A DNA stretch of 64,000 bases. Origin: the human T2T-CHM13v2.0 reference genome, Homo sapiens. Positions 28,645-64,000 of the stretch are shown piece after piece. The stretch lies in NCBI RefSeq assembly GCF_009914755.1, contig NC_060925.1. The stretch is one strand, 5' to 3'. The notes beneath the pieces were generated by a model. It was not told the origin of the DNA. It worked only from the letters and a program-made list of their open reading frames with translations, and did no database searches. How positions within the stretch are numbered: position 1 is the stretch's first letter; every line of letters begins with the position of its first letter. Both the position numbers and the translations under genes were made by a program.

Positions 28645-28930
28645 GGGCCAGGTGTGGTGACTCACACCTGTAATCCCAGCACTTTGGGAGGCTGAGGCAG
28701 GAGGATCACGAGGTCAGGAGTTCAAGACAAGCCTGGTCAAGATGGTGAAACCCTCTCTCTACTAAAAATACAAAAATTAGCTGGGCTTGGTGGCAGCCAC
28801 CTATAGTTCCAGCTACTCAGGAGGCTGAGGCAGAGAATTGCTTGAAGCCGGGGGGTGGAGGTTGCAATGAGCTGAGATCAAGCCACTGCACTCCAGCCTG
28901 GGTGACAGAGTGAGACTCCATCTCAAAAAA
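28645..28930 (+). mobile_element. AluS
   Basis: Full dimer. Confidence 0.9.
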
Positions 28931-29515
28931 CTAATTTGTATGAGAGGTCAGTTAGGTATGCATGCAAGTCACCTAAGAAAGCAGGCAAAGATAAGCCTTC
29001 ATATTCTTGAGACTTTTCAAATGTCTCATCTGACACTGCAGAATTCTTTCTGGCATTTTTGCAATTTCAACCATTTAGCATTAGTATGAGCGAAGTTTGA
29101 CCAGCAGGCCATATGCTACCAACCAAAGCTTGCAATGCAGCTTAGAATTTAATTTCAGGAATCCTTTAATCCTAATAATGGAGAAATTGAGATTCACTTA
29201 GGTAAACTCAGCCTAGACCTAATTTGACCCTTGACAGTCAATGATTTCTAATTAGGTCTTGCAGACAGGGAAGGACCAATCAAGTGCAGCAGGCTGAACT
29301 GCTGTGTGTACAGTTTATGGCAAGGAGTAATTGGAAAATCCAGTCTGAGCCTGTACTTGGGCCTTTATAAGGGGTCATGGTTCAAGCTGAAGCCGACAGT
29401 TTCTCTCAGAGCAGCAGCTATGAGTCTTGCACCTCCCTGGTTGAGAATGAAACACAGTTCCCAAGAACAATTCGTAATCCCATTACATTTTAAAAATATA
29501 ATTAAAGGGAATCTT

Positions 29516-36305
<6,790 letters not shown>

Positions 36306-36633
36306 ACATACATGTAGATACATGTATATATACATACATAAAAATAATATATATGTTAAAGGCATTTTATCTTCTGTAAATTATCATAGAATTCATATAT
36401 TTAAACATAAAATTATAACTCAAATGAAACAATGCAATATTAAGAAGCATTTTGAGGCAAACCTTGTTTCACAAGATTGTTCGAGGAAATTTAAAATAAA
36501 CTAGTTGTAATAGTCTCTTGCGCAATGTTAAAATGTGTTCAAAGGTCAGCATTATAGTTAGATACTTCTGTTACGCAATTTCTGGAAATTTATCTCCTCA
36601 AAAGGAAGTCCTTCAAGTGAAGGGGGAAATCTC

Positions 36634-36931
36634 TTTTTTTTTTTTTTTTCTTTTTGAGACAGTCTTTCTCTACCACCCAGGCTGAAGTGCAGTGGTGCGA
36701 TCCCAGCTCACTGCAACCACCACCTCCCAAGCCGATTCTCATGCCTCAGCCTCCCGAGTAGCTGGGATTGCAGGTGTGTGCCACCACACCTTGCTAATTT
36801 TTGTATTTTTTAGTAGGGATGGGGTTTTGCCATGATGGCCAGGCTGGGGTTGAACTCCTGGCCTCAAGTGATCTGCCTGACTCGGCCTCCCAAAGTTCTG
36901 AGATTACAGGCATGTGCCACAGCACCCAGCC
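36634..36931 (-). mobile_element. AluS
   Basis: Reverse dimer. Confidence 0.88.
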
Positions 36932-37694
36932 TGGGAAATCATTTTATTTAAAAAAGACTGAGCTTCATATATTGTACTTTCTACTTTAATAATAATACAT
37001 ATGATAACTTAAGAGGGAATAAATGAAGCTCAAAAGCATTTCTTTTCCTTTTCTTGGCCCAACCATATGCATACATGTTCTAACACATTCACCTCTATGA
37101 ATTGGGCTTACTCTAAGTGTTCAAGCCAACTTGTGAATCTCTATGGGAATAGTAATCACAGTGCTTACCATTTACCCTGCAGGAGAGAACCAGAACTATA
37201 CCCCCTCTATACATGCATACAGTTCATTTGAACTCATTCTACTTGTACCAAGCAATCTAGCCTCCCTTGACCACTCTCAATTAATTTTCAGCTACCTGTG
37301 AGCAACAGTTCAAAAGGTCAGATGTAATGATCCCTGACTGTGGCAAATGCAGTAATAGACAAAAGCAGAGAAGAGGAACACACAAAAGAGAAGAGAGAGA
37401 GAGGCAGACACTACGAGCAGAACGGTAGAGGCCCCTAGGTCATGTGGAAGAATTAAAACAGTTTCAATAATCCTTGAAAACACCATCAACTTGAAAGACA
37501 CAAAACCAAACAACCACAATAGCATAGCATTCTGGGGCATCTAACACAGGACATCTGAGCCTCTCAAGCAGTGGTCTGGGAGTGAAACAATGCATTATAG
37601 CATAGATCTGTCATCAAGGAATTTTAGCTGAACTAAATAATCATCTTTTGGGAATAAATTTGATTTCTGAAAGCAGTTAAAAATCACTTACTCT

Positions 37695-38430
37695 GGCCAG
37701 GCATGGTGGCTCACACCTGTGATCCCAACACTTTGAGATGCCAACATGGGAGGATCACTTGAGGCCAGGAGTTTGAGACCAGCCTAAGCAACATAGCAAG
37801 ACCCCGTCCCTACAAAAAAAAAAAAATTGTTTTTAATTAGCCAGGCACAGTGGTGTGTACCTGTAGTTCTAGCTACTGGGGAGGCTGAGACAGAGAATAA
37901 CTTGAATTCAGGAGTTGGAAACTACAGTGAGTCAAGATCACACCCCTGCACTGCAGCTTAGGAAACAGAGTGAGACACAATCACAAAAAAAAAAAAAAAA
38001 AAAAAAAAAAATCACTTAGCTTCAGTAAGCAACTAGAAAAAAATAAAAATTAAAAAAATTTGAAATCACTTAGACCCCAATTTGCATGAGTAAGATATGA
38101 AGACAAACTGAGAAATGTTATTTCAATTAATAATAAAAGCTTTTGTGGTAATGTTTTATGGGACATAAAACAAACAAAACACAAATAAATAAATGCAAGC
38201 TTTGCTTGATCTCAGGAGTTTAAGACCAGCTTGGGCAATATGGCAAAACCCTGTCTCTATAAAAAACACAAAACTTAGATGGGTGTAGTGGCTTGTGCCT
38301 GTAGTTCCAGCTACTCAAGAAGCTGAGGTAGGAGGATGGCTTGGGCCCAGGAGGCAGAGGTTGCAGTGGGCTAAGATCAAGCCACTGCACTTCAGCCTGG
38401 ACAATAGAGCCAGATTCTGTCTCAAAAAAC
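37695..38430 (+). mobile_element. Two AluJ-like elements (37695-38010; 5'-truncated 38203-38430)
   Basis: Alu bodies with A-tails. Confidence 0.85.
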
Positions 38431-39429
38431 AAATTAAAAAACTAAAAATAAAAGCTGACATAATGAAACTGGTTTACTTTCGTGATTCCAAACAAGGAAT
38501 TCTAAAAATGACTGGAGAAAGGACACTTGGTTAAATTAAATAGACTGTCCACCTATTCATTTTAAATTATTTTCTAGGGTGTTCAATAAAAAGCAATCTT
38601 ATTAAAACTTCTGGTTGAACATGGCAGGTGGAACACAGGTAATTATTTTTATTTCATCTCTTTGGAACCCCATCAAAACAAAAAAATGAGAGACAACAGC
38701 AGATGAGCAATGTCATCAAATTTTCAGTAGATAGAAAGCAGATGGAAGAGTACTAACTAACAAAGTGGAGAAAGTTTACAACCTGAATTATAATAGAGAT
38801 AAATACCATAAGAAAGAATCCACAGAACCTTGGAAAAGCTCAGGATTTTAATAGCATCCAGCACAGCAAAGGGAAAGGATGAAACAAGTGGACAAAGCCA
38901 GATGGGCTCTAAATTTAGAGTATTTTTTCTGGTTTTATTTTTGTTTTGTTTTGAGATATGATCTTGCTCTTTTGCAGTGGCTGGTCTTGAAATCCTGGCC
39001 TCATGGAATCCTCCTGCCTCAGCCTCCCAAGTAGCTGGTATTACAGGTGTGCACCACCACATCCAGCTTAAAGTCTCTACTCTGGATGAGCTCCAGATTG
39101 CTTTCCCCTGCCTGCACCCACCAACAGCTGGGCAGAAGAGTGGTCTTTTTTCCCTGGAAAATCTGAATGGCTCCAGAGAAAAATTCCTGGTACTAACTCC
39201 CAGCAAAAAAGTTAGGCTCTCAGCCTGATTACCTCACGATAAATCCCACTACTTAAAAAGTCCTCCACAAATATATAAAGCTGCAAATCAATAGTTTGGA
39301 GCTGTGCTCTAAAACATGAACAGAAGGTAAAGAGTCAACAGACATTTAAGGAAATCATCTAATACAGAAGGCAGAGATGAAAACAAACACACAAAAAAGA
39401 ACTTGGAGAAAATAAAAATAATGCACAAG

Positions 39430-39964
<535 letters not shown>

Positions 39965-40060
39965 CTAAGGAAATTATAATATCTGTCTAGAAGTTTGAAC
40001 ATTTGAATAACAGGACTTTCAGAAGAAGTCAGAAAGCAAGATAAAATTATCAAAGGAATA

Positions 40061-40720
40061 GTGGGCAAAGGATATGAACAGACACTTCTCAAAAGAGGAC
40101 ATTTATGCACCCAATAGACACATGAAAAAAATGATCATCATCACTGGCCATCAGAGAAATGCAAATCAAAACCACAATGAGATACCATCTCACACCAGTT
40201 AGAATGGCAATCATTAAAAAGTCAGGAAACAATAGGTGCTGGAGAGGATGTGGAGAAATAGGAACACTTTTATACTGTTGGTCGGACTGTAAACTAGTTC
40301 AACCCTTGTGCAAGACAGTGTGGTGATTCCTCAAGGATCTAGAACTAGAAATACCATTTGACCCAGCCATCCCGTTACTGGGTATATACCCAAAGGATTA
40401 TAAATCATGCTGCTATAAAGACACATGCATATGTATGTTTATTGCGGCACTATTCACAATAACAAAGACTTGGAACCAACCCAAATGTCCAACAATGATA
40501 GACTGGATTAAGAAAATGTGGCACATATACACCATGGAATATTATGCAGCCAGAAAAAATGAGGAGTTCATGTCCTTTGTAGGGACATGGATGAAGCTGG
40601 AAACCATCATTCTGAGCAAATTATCACAAGGACAGAAAACCAAACACCACATGTTCTCACTCATAGGTGGGAATTGGACAATGAGAACACTTGCACACAG
40701 GGTGGGGAATATCACACACT
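40061..40720 (+). mobile_element. L1PA fragment (ORF2 end and start of 3' UTR), truncated at both ends
   Basis: Near-identical to 49050-49705; no poly(A) tail. Confidence 0.92.
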
Positions 40721-40754
40721 GACTTTTAAAAGTCAGCGTTGGAGACAAATTATG

Positions 40755-41030
40755 AGCTCATGCCTGTAATCCCAGCACTTTGGCAGGCCAGGCAGGTGGA
40801 TTACCTGAGGTCAGGAGTTGGAGACCAGCCTGGCCAACATGGTGAAACCCTGTCTCTACTAAAAATACAATTAGCCGGGTGTGTTGGCAGGCACCTGTAA
40901 TCCCAGCTACTCAGGAGGCCAAGGCAGGAGAATCACTTGAACCCGGAAGGTGGTGGTTGCAGTGAGCCAAGATCTGGCCACCGCCCTCCAGACTGAGCCT
41001 GGAGTCTCAGAGTGAGACTCTATCTTGAAA
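40755..41030 (+). mobile_element. AluS
   Basis: Dimer, slightly 5'-truncated. Confidence 0.87.
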
Positions 41031-41890
41031 AATATATATAAAAATTGTAAGCCACACATTCCTACCAACTCTAATAGAAAAGGATATTATGTATAAATCT
41101 GAAACTCAGTCATCTTGCTTACTCTCCTCCCTGGAACTGCATCCAAGTGGAGATGCCTAGCAGGTAGCTGGATATGCCTGGAGCTCTTGAGAGATGGTGA
41201 GTTTTCATAAGGAGAACACTGGGTGATATAGAACATGGCAGTCTGTAAATGTTACACCAACAGTATGTCTTAAAATATTGTTCTATGTATTAACAGATTA
41301 ACTCAAATCACTAAAAGCAATTCTAGGAGGGACCAAAATAATCCAGTAAAAATAAGCAGGTCCTTGATGTTCTAGAAGGACTGCATATCACTTAGAAATC
41401 TTCTCTTAATATTATCCCTCTCAAATGAGGTTTTAGCAAGAGTTTGACTCCCTACAGATATGTAGTCACTTGAGGAAGTCTCTCTCCACACATTGATGAT
41501 CAATTCTGCCAATGTATACAGAAACCTTTGGACAACAACGAGAGCCCAAACTTCTATACCATAGAGCTTGTCTGTAATACCTTTGGCCTAGATGATTCTC
41601 TAAGCTCATGTTACCAATTATACAACTGGTAAAAGGAAAAAAGAAAAACATCAATGAAGTGTTTTTATTTTCATCTTAGCAGTGTACTTTGTGGTGGACA
41701 CTTCCAGATATTCTAATTGCAGCATGTAATCCTGGGTAATTAAATGAATTTGCCTGCTTATTTATTTCGTATAGACCAACTAACTGTTGGAAATATCTAC
41801 TGAAAATGAATATATAAAATAGGTATATTTCCTGCTCTCATGGATGGAAACTAAATAAGCCATCACAAAATATATAATTACAGATTGTAT

Positions 41891-42198
41891 GGCCGGATGC
41901 AGTGACTCACACCTAATCCCAGCACTTTGGGAGGCCAAAGCAGGTGAATTGCTTGAGCTCAGGAGTTGGAGACCAGCCTGGGCAACATGGCAGAACCCCA
42001 TCTCTACAACAACAACAACAAAAATTAGCTGGGCATGGTGGCACACACACCTGTGGTGCCATCTACTCCAGGAGGCTGAAACAGGTGGATTGCTTGAGCC
42101 CAGGAGGCAGAGGTTTCAGTGAGCTAAGATTGTGCCACTGCACTCCAGCCTGGGTAATAGAGTGACAGACACTCTGTCTCAAAAAATAATAATAATAA
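41891..42198 (+). mobile_element. AluJ-like
   Basis: Dimer flanked by taattacagattgt TSD. Confidence 0.88.
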
Positions 42199-42257
42199 TT
42201 ACAGATTGTGAAAAATGCTTTGAAGGAACAGTCCAGTAGAGAGAATGACAGAGCAAC

Positions 42258-42690
42258 TGTCAGGCCTCTGAGCCCAAGCTAAGCCATCATATCCCCTGTG
42301 ACCTGCACATATACATCCAGATGGCCTGAAGCAACTGAAGAACCACAAAAGAAGTGAAAATAGTCACTTCCTGCCTTAACTGATGACATTCCACCATTGT
42401 GATTTGCTCCTGCCCCATCCTAACTGATCAATTGAACTTGTGACATTCCTTCTCCTGTACAATGAGTCTCATAATCTGCACCTCGTGACCCCCGCCCCTG
42501 CCCACAAGAGATAATCACCTTTAACTGTAATTTTCCACTACCTACCCAAATCCTGTAAAACCGCCCCACCCCATCTCCCTTTGCTGACTCTCTTTTCAGA
42601 CTCAGCTCACTTGCACCCAAGTGAAATAAACAGCCTTGTTGCTCACACAAAGCCTGTTGGTGGACTCTCTTCACATGGAGTCGTGTGACA
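42258..42690 (+). mobile_element. HERV-H solo LTR (LTR7 family, LTR7C-like)
   Basis: TGTCAGGCCTCTGAGCCCAAGCTAAGCCATCATATCCCCTGTGACC...GTGTGACA; 5-bp TSD gcaac/gtaac. Confidence 0.93.
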
Positions 42691-43228
42691 GTAACCTAAT
42701 TTAAACTGTGAATGGGGTATATCAAGGAAGAGCTCTTTGAGAAAGTGAGGTTTAAATTGAAACATAAAGAATGAGTAATACCTCTTCCAATAAAGAATGT
42801 AGGATTAGGCCTATTCCAGGCAGAAGTACAGCACGTAAGCATTCCCTGAGACAAAAAAAAAGAGTACTTCACATTGCTGAAAATAGGCCTTTCGGGCTGG
42901 AAATCAGTTGGCAAGAAGATGGTCAGGGAAGGATTCTGAAGTCAAAGCCAAATAAAGCAAATAAATGAAGACCTTATTAGGTCACTGTACAGAGTTCTAA
43001 TTGTACCTAAGATAAGTATTATAAACAAAAAGATGACATAATTTGATTTATGTTTCTAAAATTAAAAAAGTGCTACAGAGGGATTTTATAACAATCACCC
43101 ACTTTAAGCCAGTTTGAGGAATTTTAGAAAATTTACACAATTGTGCAACCATCGCTGCAGTCACCCAAAGTTCATTTGTGCCCATTTGTGCCTGTTCGTA
43201 TCCACCCACTGCCCAAGGAAACCACTAA

Positions 43229-43634
<406 letters not shown>

Positions 43635-43863
43635 TAGCACAATGTTTTTGAGGATCATCAGTATTGCTGAAGCTGTCCTCAAAAGGTTAACAAGAATTCT
43701 GGAGAAAAATATAGTTATAATTAAGCATTAATCAGGTTGCACTTTGACCCACTTTCTTGTAACCAAAAGTCACATAACACTAGAAACTGACCATTTGCAT
43801 CCCAGTTGTTCCTATAGATAGGATTTCTGATATTAGGATCATTAGGCTTTCAAGAAATGTTTA

Positions 43864-49945
<6,082 letters not shown>

Positions 49946-50282
49946 AAGAATGTTTAAGCAGATCCTGAATTCCAGCAGAACAGCTGACAGCAACCAGATT
50001 AAAGACCCCAAGGAGGAACCAAGTCAGCCTGAGAATAGTTTCTTCATCTCCCTGCCCCATGACTTCACCCTGCACTCCGACCAATCAACAATCTCCACAC
50101 TTCAGCCCACTCTGAAACCCTTAAAAACCCTACCTCCAAGCTCCTCAAAAAGATGGATTTGAGGTTTCCTCCTGTCTCCTTGTTCAGCAGCCTTATGATT
50201 ACAACTCTTTCTCTGCTGCAACCTGGTGTCTCAGTGCATTGACTTGTTATGTGCATGGGGCAGTGAACCTATTACAATTACA

Positions 50283-50880
50283 CTGTGTGTATCAACAGTT
50301 TGTTTCTTTTTATTGCTGAGTAGCATCCGGTGGTATGCATATAACACATGTTGTTTATCCATTCACCAGTTGATGGACATTTGGATTGCTGGCTATTACA
50401 AAAGGCCACTGTGAACATTCATCTACAAGTATTTGTGTGGACATATGCTTTCTTTCTCTTGGGTAGAATCCTAACAGTGGAATTGCTAGGTCCTATGATA
50501 AGTTCCTGTTTAACTTTTTAAGAACTTGAACTGTTCTCCCAAGAGGTTGCACCATTTTGCATTTCCATTAGAAATGTTATGGGGCTTCCCATTTCCCTAC
50601 ATCTTTACCAGCACTTTTTATTGTCTGTCTTTTTTGCTTTAGTGATTCTAGTGGGTGCGTAGTGGTATCTCTCTGTGGTTTCAGTTTACATTTCCCTAAG
50701 CAACAAAAACATTGAACATCTTTTCTTTTCATGTGCCCATTTGCCAGATGTATATATTCTTTGGTGAAGTGTCTATTCAAATATTTTGGCCATTTTTTAG
50801 ATTGGGGTTTTAGTCTTACTTTGAGTTATTTTCAGTTATAAGACTTCTTTATTCTGGATATTACACCTGATTAGAAATAC
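50283..50880 (-). mobile_element. Old L1M 3' region (continues from about 43080-43667)
   Basis: tttatccattcaccagttgatggacatttgg; minus ORF MNRHFTKEYIHLANGHMKR is L1 ORF2-like. Confidence 0.8.
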
Positions 50881-51021
50881 ACTCTCCTCGTTATGGCTCA
50901 CCTATTTTCTTGCTGTTTAGGAATTTGAATAGATGGGGATACGAGTTTGCACGTTATGCAAGTTATAAAGCCTCTGCCTTAGTACAGGCAAAAGATGGTG
51001 GTTTAAAAATGGGGGAAGTAG

Positions 51022-52685
<1,664 letters not shown>

Positions 52686-53001
52686 AAAAAGGGGGGCAAG
52701 TGAAGGTGGAAAACAACTGACAGATTACAGACATATTTTGAAGGTAGAATCCACAGGACTTAATGATGAATTGGGCATGTGATGCAAAGGAGGTCTCAAA
52801 GATACTCCTGGTTTACTGGCATGAAAATAGATTGAAGAGACATCATTTTCTGATATAAGGGAGATGGCATGAAAATCAGATTTGAGACTCAGAAGGTTCA
52901 GAGTTCAGTTTAAAAAAAAGAAAGATGAGGGCATGGAGTTTTGAGATCTTTGCGCAACATCCAAATGGAGCTATCCAGTAACTAGCTGGAAATGGAAATA
53001 A

Positions 53002-53361
<360 letters not shown>

Positions 53362-53461
53362 TAGATTCCTAGAACGGGATTGCTGAGGCAATAGATAAAA
53401 TTCTGATAGATACCACCAAATTATACTCCAAAATGGCTACAACAATTTATACTCCTTCTCA

Positions 53462-53590
53462 GGCCGGGCGTGGTGGCTCACGCCTGTAATCCCAGCACTT
53501 TGGGAGACCGAGATGGGCGGATCACAAGGTCAGGAGTTTGAGACCAGCCTGGCCAACATGGTGAAACCCCGTCTGTACTAAAAATAGAAA
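53462..53590 (+). mobile_element. AluS left monomer only, flanked by a 20-bp duplication
   Basis: aacaattt(a/t)tactccttctc at 53441-53460 and 53591-53610. Confidence 0.9.
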
Positions 53591-54282
53591 AACAATTTTT
53601 ACTCCTTCTCTTTTCAGTGCCCCCTCTTTCACATCCCCTCCAAATCCAGGTCTTTTTTATTAGCTCTTTTATATAATTTTTATCTCATAACTTATAAATA
53701 AATGTGAAAAACAGAATCTATTTTGATTCACATTTCCCTGATTTGGTGGTTGAGCAACTTTTTAAGTAAATGAACCATTTTTATGTCATCCTTTGTAGTT
53801 CCATTCTTATTTTTTGGCTTTTTTATTGTTATTATTAATGATTATAGGAGCTCTTTATGCTTTGTAAATATTAATTTCTGTCGGTTATCTATGTTGCATG
53901 AATTTTCTCCCAGACTGTCTCTTATTTTGTGTATGGTAACTTTCATCATGAAAACACTTTGAGTTTTATTACAGCACATCTGTTCATCTATTTCTTTGCA
54001 GCTTCTGGATTTGGTGTCTTGCAGGTGCCCTTGCCTTTTGAAAATTACTAAGATACGCTTTGTTTTGTTTCATCTAGTATGGTTTCTTATGCATTAGCCT
54101 CTAAGTAATTTGGACTTTATATTATGCATGCTGTAAGATAGGAATGAAATTTTTTTTCTTTAAAGAGTAATTTATTTTCTCAATAGCATTTGTTGAACAA
54201 TTCATTATTCCCTCATTGATTGGAAATGCCAACTTTAATATATTAACTTTCCATAAATACACACACGTTACACAATTCTTTC

Positions 54283-54873
<591 letters not shown>

Positions 54874-55939
54874 TCAACATTCTTTTTTTTTTTACAATAA
54901 GAGAGTACAGTAATTACACAATAGTTCCTGATAATAAAACATAGTATCAGCATATGTGTGCTTGTCTTTTTTAGCAGGGGGTCATGCACTTTGTTCAGAG
55001 AGATATGATGTCAAGCTATTATGGAACGTCTGCTTTAATAGGAGAGTGTAGACGACATCACATAACATTTTACTTTCAGCTAAGTTAAATATCTACTGAC
55101 CTAGATTTTCATGATGCTATTAAGATACAGGCTCTACATTAGCTTCAGTAGCTCTGATGGCTATATGTAGCAAAACAGCTACATTCAGAATAGATTCCTG
55201 ACCACAAAAATAAACGTCAAGGAAAGATCGATAAAAGCTGCAAAGAATTTTATGTTGCTTCTAAGAGATGTTGCCACAAGGTGATAAATGAGTAAGACCA
55301 TGGTCAATAAATGGGAGAGCAGTGCCTGAATCTCTCCTGCTTGTCCTGTAAACTATTTACCTGAGATACCCCAAGTGGAATTTGCCCAGGAGGAAACATA
55401 CTGGCTAGCACTTTAGATTTAAGAACTAGTGAATTAAAGGTTTATAATCTGTAGGGAATGGAGAATTGACCTTTAAAAAATAAAGTAGACCATACTTTAA
55501 GTCCCACCAGATGGGACCATCCTAATGGAGTTAAAATACAAGCAAGTGCTGCAAATTAGAAACCATTATTCCACATGCCTTGAATATCCTAGAAACAAGA
55601 AATTTCCATCAGACACTTTTTGTTTATTGGGACCATGCTATGTGAGAGTGTGTTCTCAAACTCAGCCAGAAAAATGCTTAGGGTAGATATCCTTATTTGT
55701 TTCCTCCTATTGTTACATTCCTAAGAAAATAAAAGCTAGGATTTTGAGTCCATCTTCTAGTGTTCTAATTCAAAACAGAGGAATTCGTCATTTTAAATCT
55801 ATAAAATAAAAATAGTTACCATTTCTTGAGCAATTACTTTGTGTCTACCAGTCAGCATCCTAAATGTTATACATTCATTCACTAATATTTACAGTAGCCC
55901 TATTAAACAAGCATCATTGTACCCCCCCATGCCCCCTTC

Positions 55940-56662
<723 letters not shown>

Positions 56663-56921
56663 TCAAATCTAGATGCAGCCGATTCCAGAGCTCATGCTCT
56701 TAACCACTATAGTATATCAGCTCTAAGTAGGAAAAGAATGAAAGGACTAGGGTAATGGATGTTAGATAAGTAGGTTGTCATCCTTGTATAACAAACAATG
56801 AGAAAACTGATTTGATCTAAATTTCCCTAGAGAGAAATGCAAAGAATTGATACTTATTTTCTATAAACCCAGGTACACGACTCAGCCTACAGCTGTGATG
56901 CTTACTTTAAGAAGTTGATGC

Positions 56922-58348
<1,427 letters not shown>

Positions 58349-59049
58349 CTATCAAGGCTGTAGGCAAATCCCACTATGCAAGGGTAAATCCAACCACCAC
58401 CAGGAGAATGTCCCTTTGTTCTTTAGATTAGCCCACACTTACCAAAGAGAAAGAAGTTTGGATTCACATCCCTAAACTGAAACTAGTTGCAAGTGATTTC
58501 ATTAACCTTGTGTTTTTCTAAACCAGCCAAGTATTTGATTCAAAATATCAAATCAGACTCATCACTTATTCTAACTGGAGCTCTGTTTCCCATCTATAAA
58601 ATATGCTAGATTGAATATGTCTGACTGATTGTGTTCAAGAACTGTATAATTCTACAACTACAGGATAATAGGAAGAATTAGCACAATGGCAGTTCCTGAG
58701 GGGGACAAAAAGTCCCAGAATAATTATCTCACCATGAACTGAGAAGCACAAACAGGTGGATGAATGTAAGAATAGTATCTAAGTCAAAAGAGGTACCAAG
58801 TTCAAGGAACTCTGTACTTTCTAGCCCACATTCAGAATATCATAATCTGTTCTAAAAGACACATTCTAACAATGACGTTGATTGACTGGATGCAATCAGT
58901 AGAGGGTGACCAGGATGGTAAGGCATCAAGATATCATGTGCTATAAAGAACATCAGGAGGAGTCTGAAGAGCAGGAATTGTTTGCTTGGAGCCCCTGGTG
59001 AGACTGTTCCTCCCACAGCCTTACCACTAGAAACCACCCAAGAGTCCAC

Positions 59050-62043
<2,994 letters not shown>

Positions 62044-62964
62044 GCCCATTTGGGGCAATGAATATATAAGCATCTTTCTACTAAGAAAAATGACTTACCC
62101 CTTTTAGGAAAACAATCATAATTACATGAATTACGCATATGCTGACTATTTTGACATCTGAAAAAGTTTTGCTTAAAAGCATAGAATATCTGCTGTGACA
62201 GTTGTTGGAAATTTTGACTGCCTAGCATATTTCCCCTCTTTGTGACAACACCCCTAATTTCTTTTACAGAAAAGACCTTCTCCATTGTGTGCAGTCTTGA
62301 CGAAACCATAAATCAAGGTTCTCTTGTCATCCCACCCCATCACACTATTCCCTTTCTCTGTTTCCCTTCTCCTTTCTTCTCGCTGTCTGTGTCTCTCTTT
62401 CACCAGGCTAAGAGGTAGAATCACAACACAAGCCAGAATAATTTTTTTTCCAGAACTTTGTTTATTGAGATTTGTAACTTAAAGGATTGAAAATGTGGGT
62501 GGTTAACTCCACACAGACTCACCCTTCGCAGTGCAATCCCTGATGGACGCCACTCCTGATTGTCCTGGGCTTGCTTCTTGCAGGCCTAGCAGCCCCTGCC
62601 CACGCCCACCTGAACCAGATTAGTAGCTTTCCCTGGGATAACTGGGACAAAGGGAAGGACCCTGTGGTGATCAAAAGCCTGTCTCTGGAAGCTGACCCCA
62701 ACTTCGTTCCTGGGAACGTGATCGTCAGTGCTGAGGACAAGAACCAGTGTCCCCCTCAAATCTCCTCTGAAGGGAGGAATTAACTGTAGAGAAGGAAGTG
62801 TCTGGCTTCTGGGTCAAGATCTCATGCATGGAACAGATTGGCAGCTGTGCCTATGAAAACTTCTGTGATGTGCTTGATATTTTCATTCCCCCTGAGGAGC
62901 CCTGCCCAGAGCCCCTGCATACCTATGGGCTTCTTTGCCACTGTCCCTTCAAAGTAGGCACCTA

Positions 62965-63322
<358 letters not shown>

Positions 63323-63504
63323 TCAGCCACAGCAGAATTAAGGGATATGAGGAAGGTTCCTTTTCCTCTGTCATGTGCTTGTCAACGTCAAATTTTGACT
63401 CTCTGCCCCCCTTCAAGCCCCTTTCTGCAATGAGTCAGCTATCCTCACTGAAAATCATTGTGTGCCACTTACATTTTAGGCTGGGACAAGCAGCCCTGAA
63501 CTAA

Positions 63505-63836
<332 letters not shown>

Positions 63837-64000
63837 AGAGTTGAACAGTTCTTGATAGCCCAGGACATCTGCTGGGCTGGCCACATTACCCATCCTCCTT
63901 TAGACATTCTCTCTAAAGAGCTTCATTCATTTCCAAAACAGTTGAGGAATGGGAACCAATGTGTTTTGGGGCCTCATGTTTACACTGATCTAATCTTGAC

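Overview
Primate (almost certainly human) genomic DNA, recognisable as the 3' end of FMO4 in the 1q24.3 FMO cluster, followed by about 52 kb of repeat-dense intergenic sequence. The last five coding exons of FMO4 lie on the + strand (1939-2081, 3008-3207, 4710-5062, 7655-7724, 11712-12138), all GT-AG and phase-consistent. Three processed pseudogenes are present: a 5'-truncated TOP1 retrocopy inside the last FMO4 intron (sense, open 211-aa ORF), an SRP14 retrocopy (- strand, short ancestral C-terminus) and a GM2A retrocopy at the right end. The rest is transposon-derived: two full-length L1s (older L1PA7/8-like; younger L1PA2/3-like with intact ORF0 and a probable short 3' transduction), solo LTRs (MaLR MST, LTR7, two LTR12, two MER4-group ERV1), a heavily nested hAT-Charlie fossil, L2/MIR fragments and more than 35 Alus. 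I found no evidence of a wholly new gene system; the best leads are TOP1P1 as a possible interfering unit inside FMO4, the LTR-donated FMO4 3' end, and retrocopies preserving ancestral protein states. Repeat subfamily names, reference protein comparisons and many repeat boundaries come from recall and by-eye reading, not alignment.
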